Below are positions 17,310 to 29,896 of a DNA stretch of 64,000 bases, piece by piece. The stretch is from Phoronis australis. Taxonomy: Eukaryota > Animalia > Phoronida. The translations under genes were made by a program, and so were the position numbers. The notes below the pieces were generated by a model. The model was not told where the DNA came from, did no database searches, and worked only from the letters and a program-made list of their open reading frames with translations. Where the stretch lies: contig NMRA01000072.1 of NCBI GenBank assembly GCA_002633005.1, forward strand, positions 144,952-208,951, written 5' to 3'. Each line of letters begins with the position of its first letter. Position 1 is the stretch's first letter.

Positions 17310-19958
17310 TCACTTACGGTTGATTTTTTTTCCGATAACAAATACGATCATAAGAAAAAGAAACAGACCTAAGCAACCTGCGCATGCGTAAAGTCCGATC
17401 TTGATCTTGAAACATTCCCGGGTATACTGTTTTACAAACGGAACTACTTTCACCGTGCGTTTACTTCCAACATCGTTATCGGCTTCGCACACGATACTTG
17501 TGACCCTGGCGCTATATTCTGACCAAGAACGATCCAGTTTGCAAACAGTAACAAGCTTGGACGAGTCGGATGCTGGTAGCGCCACCATATTTCCTGTGGG
17601 AGTTCGAAGTTTTACCGTTGGAGCAGGATCTCCTTTAGATGAGCAAAATAGCGTAAGATTGTCATCGGAAATCGAGAATCTGACTTCAGGTCTGGATGGT
17701 TTCGCACATGTTAGTGGAATACGGAGGAAGTTTGAAATCTCCGGCTCAGATTGAAAAGGCGTAAGACATGCAGGTATGCTGACTAATTGTGACGCAATTC
17801 CTTGTTTTTGTGATTGGATTATCCATAATCGTAGACCCTCTAACATACAATTACAATGAAGCATGTTGTTGTCAAACCGAAAGGAGCGAAGGTGTGATGT
17901 GTCTTTCACAAAATCTTCGAGAATGGACTGGGGTAAAACTTGTAGACGGTTATTGCTAATGTCCAGAATGTTCAGGTTAGACGAATTCTGTAGAAAGTTC
18001 TTGTCTATCCTTGTTAACAAGTTAGATGTTAAATGTAGAAGCTCTAGATTGGCAAGTGACTTGAATACATCTGTCTTAGCATATTTTAGTTTATTATTCC
18101 TCATGGAAAGGAAGGTGAGACCCTTTAGTTTCACGAAGGCTCCTTCCGCTATTTGGGCGATCACGTTATAATCGAGGTTGAGTCTTCGTAGTCGAGACAA
18201 TGGACCGTCGAATGTCTTTCTGCGAATTTCTGTCAACTGATTGTTGCTGAGATCGAGGTTTTCCAGGTATTCAAGTTCGCCAAATCCGTTATCTTCAACA
18301 TCATTGATTTTATTCCACGATATAATCAGAGATTTGAGTTTGTTCAATTTTTTAAATACCAGTTTATTAATTTTAACAAGAGCATTGTCATTTAAATACA
18401 AGTTTTCTAAGTGGGTTAGATGCTCAAATGTGAATGGTTCAATGAATTCAATTTGACTTCTTTGAAGACCCAAGTGTAGAACATGATCTAATCCAATAAG
18501 CATCCCTTTGGTCAGTCGCATGACACGACTATTTGTCAGGTAGATACTGTTTAAGAGAATTTTTTCTTGTTGATTGAAGGATCCGTCATCAATATCCCTA
18601 ATGTTATTACCAGAAATATGAATATCGTTGGCCGATATGCGCGCCATTAGCTCGCTGGAAATAGTTAGGTTGCCCTCCCCAAGATAAATCAATGTCATCA
18701 ATCTTGCTCGCATTGTGCTCTTTCGATCCCAACTGACGCTATGGAAACGAATTGTTATTCGCGTGCTTTCTATTTCAGGAACTTGGGTAAGACTACAAAC
18801 ATCCATCTCAACCGATGACATCTTACTACAGCTCTGAAAAACATTTTCTTCAATTGTAGCAAAACAGTTTAGATTTAAGGATATTTTACGTAAATTTGAC
18901 AAAGGTTGAAAATGTAAAGCTGTCAAAATTGATAAGTTATTAAACTGGAAATAAAAATACATCAGGGACTTAAGCGCGGTGAACGCGTTAGAGTCGATGC
19001 TATGAATTTTATTGTACATCAAATTTAGCGTTTTCAGAGAGGCTAGTCCTTGTAGTGACATATTTGTTAAGACAGAAAGCATATTGTGCGACAAATCTAG
19101 AGTAATCAGTGAGTGGAGCCCAGAAAAGGGATGTTCTAACTTGTCCAAATAGTTGTGAGAAATGTCCAGATGAGTCAGACGCGGTAAACAGTCGAATGCA
19201 CGTTGTGCTATTTGTTGAATAATATTTTCCGAAATATCCAAATGTTGAAGGTTGCTCAGACCTTTAAAGGTTAGGGTTCCAACTGTGTTTATTTTGTTTT
19301 TATTTAATTTGAGAATTTGTAGAGAAGCCGTTTTGTTAAATGGCGAACCTATTAGTTGATTAATGCGATTATCTGCCAAGGATATCACTGTAGGTTTCAC
19401 CAGTCCGTCTAACATGCCGTTAGTCACTGTTTGGATTTGATTTCCACTCCAGTCTAATCCTCCCAGGATATGGGCGTGTTCGAAAGTGCTACCGTGTAGG
19501 AGCTGCAGCAAATTTCGTGAAACTCCGAAGTACATAAGTGATGGAGTATGCCTGAGGAGATTTCTGGGAAGCGCGTGTAGAATATTGTTGGATAGGTATA
19601 GAGTCCGTAAATTCAGCAATCCAAGGAAGGCATTCTCGTAGAGATCTTTTATTTGGTTTCCAGCCAATATTAATGTTCTCAGGTTCACTAGTTGACGAAA
19701 GAGTCCTTCACGTAAGTCCGAGATGTTATTTGACCCGAGATTAAGCGAAAGAACGGAGCCAGTTCTGTTGCTAAAAAATGCATCTTCGCTGATTTCTTCG
19801 ATCCCACAGTCAAATAAATATACGTTTTTTCCATCAAAACTGATGTTAAAGACATCTTTGGTGAGGACTGAGTTCCTCACATCTGGTCCTAAAGAACACG
19901 CTTTTGCTCTTCCTTGATGAGAAATTAGCAACAAAAGAAAGGAAAGGCAACGTAACAT
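17310..19958 (-). CDS. Leucine-rich repeat / Ig-domain type I transmembrane protein (LRIG/LINGO/SLIT-like architecture), 882 aa in one open frame
   Basis: The protein has an N-terminal signal peptide and >20 typical LxxLxLxxNxIxxLxxxxF repeats. These are followed by an LRRCT cap (NNMLHCNC...PACLTP...LTC), an Ig-like segment (LTLFCSSKGDPAPTV...IVCEADNDVG), a TM helix (IGLYACAGCLGLFLFLMIVFVI) and a basic stop-transfer motif. A GTAAGT donor at 17317 means the 3' end may be spliced. Confidence 0.9.
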   Translation of the reverse strand: MLRCLSFLLLLISHQGRAKACSLGPDVRNSVLTKDVFNISFDGKNVYLFDCGIEEISEDAFFSNRTGSVLSLNLGSNNISDLREGLFRQLVNLRTLILAGNQIKDLYENAFLGLLNLRTLYLSNNILHALPRNLLRHTPSLMYFGVSRNLLQLLHGSTFEHAHILGGLDWSGNQIQTVTNGMLDGLVKPTVISLADNRINQLIGSPFNKTASLQILKLNKNKINTVGTLTFKGLSNLQHLDISENIIQQIAQRAFDCLPRLTHLDISHNYLDKLEHPFSGLHSLITLDLSHNMLSVLTNMSLQGLASLKTLNLMYNKIHSIDSNAFTALKSLMYFYFQFNNLSILTALHFQPLSNLRKISLNLNCFATIEENVFQSCSKMSSVEMDVCSLTQVPEIESTRITIRFHSVSWDRKSTMRARLMTLIYLGEGNLTISSELMARISANDIHISGNNIRDIDDGSFNQQEKILLNSIYLTNSRVMRLTKGMLIGLDHVLHLGLQRSQIEFIEPFTFEHLTHLENLYLNDNALVKINKLVFKKLNKLKSLIISWNKINDVEDNGFGELEYLENLDLSNNQLTEIRRKTFDGPLSRLRRLNLDYNVIAQIAEGAFVKLKGLTFLSMRNNKLKYAKTDVFKSLANLELLHLTSNLLTRIDKNFLQNSSNLNILDISNNRLQVLPQSILEDFVKDTSHLRSFRFDNNMLHCNCMLEGLRLWIIQSQKQGIASQLVSIPACLTPFQSEPEISNFLRIPLTCAKPSRPEVRFSISDDNLTLFCSSKGDPAPTVKLRTPTGNMVALPASDSSKLVTVCKLDRSWSEYSARVTSIVCEADNDVGSKRTVKVVPFVKQYTRECFKIKIGLYACAGCLGLFLFLMIVFVIGKKINRK

Positions 19959-22900
19959 GGTTACCGTAAAGACGTTTTCCTGGTTCTTTTTTTCGACACA
20001 CCACTAAACGTACTCAACCCTTTCTTCCTTTGTGTAAAAAATGTCGCTTCAGTGGTTACGCCAAGCACAAAGTGTGAGTCGACTCGACCAAATGGCGACA
20101 CTGCAGGCTAATGAGGGGTTTCTAATTTATGGCGACACTGACGTAATCGTATGTATGTTATCTCCCCTGATGTTGCGTACGCCCTCACTGGGGTTGTTTT
20201 GTTCGTTGCTTCTGATAAATAGGCCCGGATCCTGATTCGGAAAATAACCTTTCAAAAGGGCAAATGAAACCGAACATACGTTCAGGCGTATTTTTGGGAA
20301 GGGGAGAGCGTATTTTCGGAAACTGTGTTTAACATTTTCTGATGCATCCTTTTTAATATGCATGTATGTAGTTATATTGCACGAGTATGAATTTCATTAG
20401 TCCATACTTGTTCCTAAATGTATTATCTATTACAACTAGTAAAACAATCGATGATCCTATCCCCAAAACCCACAGTAAGGCTGAATTCATTCTAAAAAAG
20501 TATGAAAAACAGTAAGACGCCAGGTCCGTCGAGATTGAATTTTAAAAGCATTTCGTGAATGTATTGAACAATAAGTCTCCGAGGTTTTTGCTAATTTCAC
20601 GTATAAGGGCTTTTAGTGCGGAATATTGTTCAGGTGTTTGCGGATAGTCCCGCTTTTCAAACTGCAAACACGTGGGTACTTGAGCTCTGAGATATTTTCA
20701 AGTCTACAAGTTTGCTATGTGCTGTTTTGTACAGCGACACCTGTTGAGCAACTGGTGAACATAAGCAGCATGAAAGTACATGTCCGAGTATGATTCCATT
20801 ACGGCGTTTTCCCGTTGCTCCCAACTTGTTCGATTCTATAGCCCAACAACAAGTTGGGAAGTTTACCCCTGTATATCTTACACGACTGATTAACACCATT
20901 CTGGCATTTGTGGTTGGAGGGCCGGCTCTCTTTTGTTAGATAATTGTTCTAATCTCCAGTAAGATCCTATCTACCCTGACTGGGCTGTGCTGTTAAAAAT
21001 AAAAGTTAAGTTATAACATATTAGAACATAAATCAATAGCATTTCTGAAATCTTCGTCAAATAGTGATCATGTTTAGTTTTTGAATTGCCAAAATCGCAA
21101 CCGAAGTTACGACAATCTATTCTTTCCGAATACACCAATGTGTTCACACGTGGTCTGTAATAAGCCTGGTAGATAATTGACCTGCCTGTTGTCATAACAG
21201 ACAAAAGATTATGCTTGGCAGTTAACAAAGAAGCTAACGGGAAAACGCTGTCATGCCCTTGTGGCTTCGTCTACATTTAATGAATTCAAGTAGAGTTTTC
21301 AAGAATACGGTTCAGGAAGGGAGAATTTATGTTCATTAGTCAAAACTGTTTCAGAATATTAGCAGATTGTGAATTTGCCTGAATTTAACAGAGCGCACGC
21401 CGAAAGAGAACACACCTGGGTTATGGTCATTAAAGAGAAACTTAAACTACTGTTGTACGAGTCTTTTAAACAGAATTATTGTATTGAGCCCTGTTTATAT
21501 TTTGAGATCTCAGAGCTCAGTCTTGATACAGCTGAGGGCTGGGATTATATCGCTTGAGGTGGAGACTGAGTGGTTTTGAAAGAATTTGTAATTTAATTTG
21601 CGAAGCTTTTTTCTGAGATCCGCGAGACTACCCTCTCACTCATGTTTGGTTTGAAAATTTCATTCGCCAAGCTTCTGTTGGTATTTTGTTGCTATTGGTT
21701 TCATTGTGACTTGTAAAGGGTTACAAGGTGTTTTTAATGGGGTTTATTCATACAATGTTCAGCAATAATCACTTAAAAGGTCCCAAATTTTGAGAACCAG
21801 TTTGTCGCCCTGTTATAAAAAAGGGAAAACTGCTTCTCAAAATACGGGACCAATAAAGTGACTATGACTACCCGCCGGCCACAGGCTGTACACGTCAGTA
21901 CAAGTGCACCTACAGCCCGACACTACAAGGACATTGTCGCTGGTCCATCTTGTCGCACTTGGCATAAATATTCTAGCCCGAGTGACAATATATGTCACAA
22001 CAAATGTTACGTGGGAAATAACCTGCATAAATTAATTATTACGCCCAAAAATTCCGTATGTAATTTAATCATTTCATTTCTAAAATCATGTGGACACTGT
22101 CAACCGATCCGCCCCCCCCCCCCACCCGTAGCGTAAACTGAATCTATTACTCTAGTGCATAGAGAGCTGGGGGCTATTGTCCCCCATTTATTTCAGTGCC
22201 CATCTCCGTGTGCGACGCAACCATAGGCGGAGCTGTTGAGCTATAACGGGTGAACTCAAGTGAGTGGCGACTGGTGTGAGGGAGGGGAGTTCGGCTTCTC
22301 ACATTCCCCTTCTTACCCCTGTAAAGATTGACAAATCTTCTGTTACAATACAGGTATGTACTCAATACTTGTCTGTCATAGATCGGGACGGTGTCCCGTG
22401 AAACAGTGTGCCCATGTGGCCCGACCGATATTGCACATGTGCAGAAAGAGATCATGGCATACTGCGGAAAATAGCGCATACCACTGCAGACCATTCTGTA
22501 AGTACAGTCGGACACCAAACAAACTAAAAGTAGCCAGCTACGTTCAAGTTCCTTGACGCACTCTAGTATTTATACAATACAGTTAATAAAGGACCTTGAT
22601 AATTTATGATTCAATTTGTCCTCACAGTGTGCTCGATTCTGAGTTTACTTATTTTTAACATATTACGACTTCTCACTTGAATCACGACTGACTGTAAACG
22701 GTATTGTCCAATACCCCTACTCAATATTCTTGAAACATTCTGGAATGAACAGAAAATATCCGAACATGCAAAAAAGTTGTCAGCAGCCTCATTCTACTGA
22801 TTCACGAGGAACTTACGCCATGCTACGCGTCCGGTCAGGTTACGTTTTCAGTGAGGTACTTCCGCGGGTACATTATTTCACACCTTAAAGGCCTATGGTC

Positions 22901-23430
22901 CGAGTTATAGAAGAAAAAACCTCTTAACGCCGTTTAAGCCGGTTTTTTGATGTGACATGGAGTTCAAAAAGTTATTAACTTTCAACTTGTGCAAAAAGTT
23001 TGAAAAAAATCGTTGTAAATACTACAAACGAATGAAATGTTTACAAAGAATTTAGTATCCCGACCGCTAAACAGATTATAAACATTACAACAACGCATGC
23101 GCAGCCACAGATCTAGAGGTCAACAGAATTTATACAAATGNTCCAAAAAAACGTTTTTATGGTATTTGGACCACTTGCGGATCTCAATGTACCTCATTAT
23201 CGCCTATACGAAACGTGTTTTTCTTAAAAACAGTACTGTGACTGGCATCGACGTATCTTGTGTGTGCTATGGTGACTGGTGGATTTGGGGACCATGATTC
23301 CAGCTTCTTGATTCGCCGGCATGGTCATGCGTGATGAATTTCACGTTTGACAATAGATGTCCTGCTTGTTGTGCACTGATACTGTATGGTGTCGCATAAA
23401 ATGCTCTTCAAATTAGCACACAATATTATG

Positions 23431-23730
23431 CAGTGACGGATTTAGGGGGGGGGGGCAAGGGGGCCATGGCCCCCCTAAAATTCTCCCACATACCATTTGG
23501 CAGTTCGGGGTGCGAATTGCTGACTAGCATATGCGCGTACCCAGGGGGCTTTGGGGGCGAATGCACAATGCATAGGCCTTGAACAAATCCCGGTCACCGT
23601 TTTCTTTTTTTAGTAATAAGGTCCACAAACCCAAAAATTCGAGACCCCTGCATCCCTACTTTTTAGGCTGTAAGCGCGCATGTGGCGAAATTCTGGTTAT
23701 TTCCTGTGCCCTGCACCCCCCCCTGTTAAG
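23431..23730. mobile_element. Nested or degenerate CAGTG../CATG..-type MITE fragments
   Basis: An end cagtgacggatttaggggg at 23431. The inner element ~23530-23682 (atgcgcgtacccaggggg...aagcgcgcatg) resembles the 11729 family. Confidence 0.5.
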
Positions 23731-26700
23731 CTGGGACCGTAATCTTTGTCAACAAAAAGGAACACTTTTGAGAAAATTTATCATTGTCATTACCATTCTG
23801 TAGGCCTACTAATCGTCTTGCTAGCCACGCCGGGCAATCCACAGAAATTTAGTTATAAAATAGTTGCAGGCGGTCTGGTACAACGTGTACCAGACGGGCG
23901 CAGGCCGCGCATGTGGGCCCATTGCACTGATCACCTGGAAATATTTTTGTGTATGATTAATATATAGTTAAAACCGAGCAGAAGAGTTAGAAACCTCACT
24001 CAAGGATCTAGCAGTGTGGCCTAGTGGGACGCGAACCCCGCGACGACTGACGTGACTTCTTCAGGCCTGGGGTCGTTAGTCGATTTGGGATGCGATTTTG
24101 ACGATGTCATACGTTTTTTAATTAATGAATTTCACTTCATTAGAATTAATTTTGGGAATGCTCACTTGATTAGGCAAGGGATACACATCGAAAGGGTTGA
24201 GATTAGGGCCCTGGTGCAAAGCTTCTCTCGAAACGAGGCGTACTCAACTGGTGACCGCTTTCCGCCCAAGGCTGAACACATGCACATCGAGTTGCTGTTC
24301 AGTCAGACACTGGCAGAGACCAAATGCCAATGGGTCGGTTAATTGAGAAACATGAACTGCAATTAGGCTCAAATTTTAAACTCAGCACTACTAAAGCGGA
24401 GCACTGTACGACACACGGCTTCCTGGCCGGGGAATCCCCATCACTCAGTGAAATCACGTGGAAGTATACCGTTTGTGGTGCCGTTGGATCCTCGTGTTTA
24501 ATGCGTCACGTGTTCTGTACGATATTCAGTGACGTGAAGAAGTTTCTGTGGGGACCGTTTCAAAGTATGTTTCATCGTGTCTGCGAGTTTCACAGTTCTG
24601 TTCCGATTCGAGTACGAGTTTTTGACCATTAGTGATCAGACCCAATGGAGTAGCTTAATTCCCCATGCGCAAACACGCACGAGCGTCCTAAAGAATCAGA
24701 TGTTTTGGATCTAGTTCAGTTAAAGTACCCAACTAAGTGTGTGACGTGTTGTGTGAATTTGTTTGGTCTGTGCGAATTTCCTATTGTCATACCAATCTCC
24801 CGTTGCCATTTCTTGGTACAAAAAATACAATCATCGGATCCAAGGGTTGGAGTGCTGCCTACGAATAGTTCTTGAAAATGTCTGTCTCTACAGCCACGTC
24901 CCTATTTGTTGACAGGAGTTTTCAAGATGCCCAGGCAGCACGAACCAAAAATCGTGGCAGGCATGTTAACGCAAAACGTGCAAGGTCCCTATTTTCGCGA
25001 CCGGTGCATAACGCGTGTTTACACGCTTTGGGTGTGCTTTTCAGCCGTTTTGTGCAGGATGTAGCCTACCTTTTGTCAGTTAGTGCGGTGAGTACGCTTT
25101 GCGACAAACTGCGGCATTCACTACGAGTTTAGGGTAAAGATCATTTCAAGACGTCATTTAAAAGGTACCGATTAGCTCTGGTCATTTCACTCAATATTAG
25201 CAATATTAACTGTTGTAGTACGGCTGTATTTTCTCTGCACAGTCAGTGCCGATTTTGCGAGCAAGCCGTGACATCACTATTCGCTAATCGCTTGCCGTGC
25301 TTGGTGTTATCTATGAGTTAAAAAGCTCATTGGTGTTATGCTCTCCGGTTAGTAGTACGTCGTTTGCTCACTGTTAGGAGGCTGGGTTGTGCATTGGAAG
25401 AGAGTGGCTCCTCCGCTGGAAATTTCAGAAGAAAATGTCGAAATTGTGTATCTGTTTTCTATGATCTGTGTTGTCTGTTATAATATAGATTTATTTTTCT
25501 AGTTCACTGGTTTGTATTTTTGCTGTCCCATGCTTTTTAAACCCCATTCGTAAGGTAATAGGCTACCTTCATTATCAATGATCGAATTTCTCAAATAATC
25601 TTTCAATTACTAACAGCAAGCCTACCAAATTATGTATCTTTAAAATTCTGTAAGTAGTTTTAAAACATATATTTTTGGGTCTCAACTGGGTACGATACAG
25701 CAATGCACATGGTATTAAATTTCCACACAGCGTTCTTTTTGTTTCGTTTTGTTTTTGTTTTTGCTGATTCGGTTGCTTGTATAGCCTGCTATGTTATGTG
25801 TGAAAGGTATTATTTACAGTTTTTAGCATTTTAACACAATTCTTTAGAGCAACATCAGTTTGTTGTTGCATGGGTAGAGAATTTTTTCGAGGTCTTTTGG
25901 TGTGGCAAGTTGTCACTCAAGTAAGCAAAGTCGTTGCATTTCAGTTCGATCTTGGTCTCCGAAACGGTCCTCCTTCTTATTTATCAAGATTAATTTTGAT
26001 TTTCATTTTCGGTTTTATCATCCTATACCGAACAAGATGCATTCCAGTCTGTGGAAGTAAACAGAGTAAGAAGAACATACGGGGACTTAGCCCCACCAAT
26101 CCCCTACCCCTACGGTCACGACTAAACACGCCCTTGGCATATGATACCGTTTTCATGGCTTAGGCGGAAATCTATCTTCGAAAATTGTGGTGTGCCCCCT
26201 TGCGACATTAGATCCGCCAGTGAGTGAATTGATGTTCTTGCATCACGTTGCTGGAGCATTTTTCTTGGTATAATTGGAGGACTGGTATAACATGTATTAT
26301 CTTGCCAAGATGCCGATATCAAAGGAGCATTAACCACACATAATCCCAGTTGAGTGTTGATGTTTCTGACTAAACACATTTTGTTCACGTGTAGTACTCC
26401 AATATTTTTCATTTCTGTAGAGTACAGTATTGTAAGTGCGAGCATGTGTACAATGTAGTCTTACAAAATATGCAAATGCTTCCTTTAGAATCGTCGATGT
26501 TAGGTGTTATATCTGTGCATTTAATTTCCTTTGCAGTGTTCTGTTGTAGGCAAAATTTTCACAACACTTGAAAGTTAAAGTACATAAAGCGAACAGTTGT
26601 ATTCAAACAAATCCGTACTATCATTTTCATTTAGCTGTGCGTACTGAATGTAAATTAGACTCGTTGTAATATGCTTTCTCATTTTGCTAAATAATTCTGC

Positions 26701-27139
26701 ATTTTTCTTTTAGACATTTATCATCATTGATAAGCAAGTACAAGAACAAACAAATACATCCATTCATTCACGCATGCACATCTCTGGAGAGTTCATTCGT
26801 ACCTCGTATAAGTAAACCACTGCTACATGAAGTTAGCGTGCACAATAAAATTTTCCTATTTCACAGAGAAGCTGTCATAAACAAAATTTTCATACGTAAT
26901 TAATGTTCAGCATTATATTACCCATAAGTATATGTGACAAACTTGTGAATATTATCTATATTTTGTGACATCATAGAAAACACTGCAATTTTTATTATTG
27001 GGGTCAAAAGTAGTTTGTTTTTTTTTGTTTTTTTTTTTGATCGACTGGTCATTTCTAGCTTAGCTCAAATTCTTGAGACGGTCCCTAGCTTTCCCATTCG
27101 TTTCGTGTTAATCATGCCGTTATTTTAAATCTGGGAAAA

Positions 27140-27278
27140 CAGACCGGGAAGTGGCAGACATCGAGTATTTAAGGAGTTCCATTTCCCGTTCGTGTGAGAA
27201 TTCGAAGCGCGAAACACGAGGTTGAACGTCGGCCAGTGTAACGACAGTTCAAAAGCGAATTTATTGCTATTGGTAAGT
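27140..27278 (+). promoter_or_regulatory. Putative promoter and non-coding first exon of the + strand LRR gene
   Basis: An ETS-like ccgggaagt at ~27144, a TATA-like tatttaag at 27166 and a strong donor ttg|gtaagt at 27273. A second donor cag|gtgagt lies at ~27897, and the acceptor tttcag at 29886 lies just before the ATG. This is inference. Confidence 0.4.
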
Positions 27279-27924
27279 TGGTTTCATCGATGCTTTTACA
27301 TTTTGTTGTTTTCTGTTGCATCTACGTCAAAAATATAAACTTGTACTAAGAATTAATTTTAAATTTGGATGAGTTAGAAGATTATTCTTAATGATAGAAT
27401 TTTAAGGACAGTTTCCAAACGGGCCCAGGTAACATGTATTCTATGATTGCATACAGACGGTAGACTATTGAGGTTTGGGCGCCGCAAATAATCTAAATTC
27501 AGAGTGCAAACAAAGCCGTTGATAATATAATTGAAATAAATAATATACGTATATACTACCATCTTGAACTGTTCTTGTCCGAGATACCATTCACTCGGCT
27601 GCAGCTCATGTTTCAATTGTTTTTTGTCGATGGTCACGTTCTTAACAATACCCGGCGTTATTACATGATCCCGATCAGGTTATTTGAGAGTGAGGCTTTT
27701 CCCATGGCAAACATAACGCTACTCGTCCAAATTCCAAAACGCTGACTTGGGAAAGCGTAGAAGCCAGTTCAAAGTACCGCTTCACTTCCCACTGTATACA
27801 TTCATATCTCATATAAAGTGTCCCGTGATGGTCACAACGCCAGATGCTATATAGTTGCATGTATAGTTGTCATTCGCTAAGTCCGATGTACTTCAGGTGA
27901 GTAAACAATGGAAGTATGTTTCAA

Positions 27925-28126
27925 TTTTTTCTTTTTAAATCATCAACCATCTCGCTTTATTGAGCTTCAGCGCTTAAACATTTTACATTTCTTGTTTATT
28001 TCAAAGCGGTTATAAACCCGCGTTCCATTTTTCTTTTTATAGCATCAGCCATCTCGCTTTATTGAGCTTCAGCGCTTAAACATTTCATTTCTTGTTTATT
28101 TCAAAGCGGTTATAAACCCGCGTTCC
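27925..28126. repeat. Tandem duplication, ~100 bp x2
   Basis: ccatctcgctttattgagcttcagcgcttaaacattt...aaacccgcgttcc is repeated almost identically. Confidence 0.85.
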
Positions 28127-29896
28127 TTGTAAGAAGCGAACTTTTGATTTAGACCACTTACCTCTGTCAGTTTGGTCTCAACTTGTAGATTGACAGTTCG
28201 TTGTCCTTTGAGATCAGGCTTCAGTGGTGCAGAAAAATGACAAGCAATGACTTGGAAAGCCTGGTTTATGCAATAACGATGTGTCACTTCTTTCCAAGAC
28301 CTGATATCACCTCAATTTTGTCTCAAGAACAATTCGCTGAGACCAATTTCATAAAGGCGAGTGGTCAGTAGTCAAAATAAAAATGACGGATTTGTATCCG
28401 CTTTAAAATCATGCTTTATTGCAAAATTTCTCCCCTTGGTTATGTTATATCTGTGTGACCGGTTCTGGTGCTGTTAATGCGACAAGTGAGGTCCGGAGGT
28501 ACGTGGTCAAATTACGCCTGCTCGTGAAACTCTCCAGTATTGCTCGACGTGTGATCAAAACTTGAGTGAATTCTCACACAACTTTGCAACTTAACACCGG
28601 ATTTCAGGCACTTTAAAAACACTTGTCTTATACGAGACGTTTAACACCAATTAGATTCTTGGACATTACGCCTGAAAACATTGAGTGGGAAGAACACATG
28701 TTCTGGTTTAGCAGAGTTTGACAACCTTACGGAAGTATTATAAGCAGTAACTGTGGTTGTTCGCGCGAGGGAAGAAAATGACCACTGGCGCTTTGCCACT
28801 GCGCGGAAAGAAACCGAGGAATAGAGTGATGTAATGAAGTGTAATATTCGCTAAAGTAAAAACCATGGAATTTGTTCTTGTATTATTTTAACGTAGTTAT
28901 TCAGACGTTCACAAGAAGTGTGATGGCTGGTAAAAATAAGTATCCCTGTGTCTTACGTCATTCCGTTAGACACCACGGGAGTTATGTATGTCCAACACAG
29001 ATGCCTGTTCATAATCCAGGAAACTGAAATAACTGAAAACAATCGAAGCAGATTGCCTAACATGTCTAACACAGGCGTTAAGTGTTAACTCAGGCCCACT
29101 ACACCAAACCCGGGTTGTAAACTGTTATCGTAGAACAACAGTTTTATCAGTTACTACTACTGTTTCATTGGCCGCTACTTCATACTGTCAAAATATGCCG
29201 CCTGGGTAAATATCCACTACCCATATATGGTCATTACTGTTGAATAAAGCGAGGGCGTGCTATTTCAAAGAACTCGTTTTGATACGTTAACCACTTATGT
29301 GATTCATTCATGTTTTACCCATTTTTGTTTTCGGAATAGTTATCTGTTTTTGACATAAATACGAGTGGTCAGAACTTAGCCTAGTAGATAAACAGGGTGG
29401 TCGTGTCGAAAGTGTTGGTTTACTTTGTGTAGCCTGGGTCAAACCGGTATTATTTTACATGGTTTTATAGACAGTTAAAACGAAACGCATGAACCGAATC
29501 GTTAACACTCGCAATATTTAGTCTCGTAGGTTGTTACTTCATAACAAACAACCAGTAGCGTTAACACCGATAACAGTTCTGCTAGATCTCTGCCCTGCTC
29601 AAGAGAAACGAGGTATGATCAGAATACGATACTAGCACTGATCGTGAGTTTCACATGGTAAATCGGCTTGTGTCCAGATTTATTTGCACTGAAAGCAAAT
29701 TGGAGCGTGGTGAGGCATTGTGCGTTGAAACTGACCCATTAGTTAGGCAACATCTGGGTTAAATATATATTTACGTAGTTGGTAACTTTGATACTTGGTA
29801 CTGGCCAAATCTGACGACAACTCAAGCGTGTGTCAACCTGGTGCTGTCGGTGACATAGTTTGGTAATTTTTTGCTTGATATTTCAGCTCAACTCAT

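Noticed and set aside
17401-19917. Several + strand ORFs of 64-117 aa
   Set aside because: They are antisense shadows of the LRR-Ig coding sequence.
19960-29890. VLR-like donor LRR cassettes between the two LRR genes
   Set aside because: No LRR-consensus fragments are visible in the provided ORFs or by eye. Both genes are complete ORFs, so somatic assembly is unsupported.
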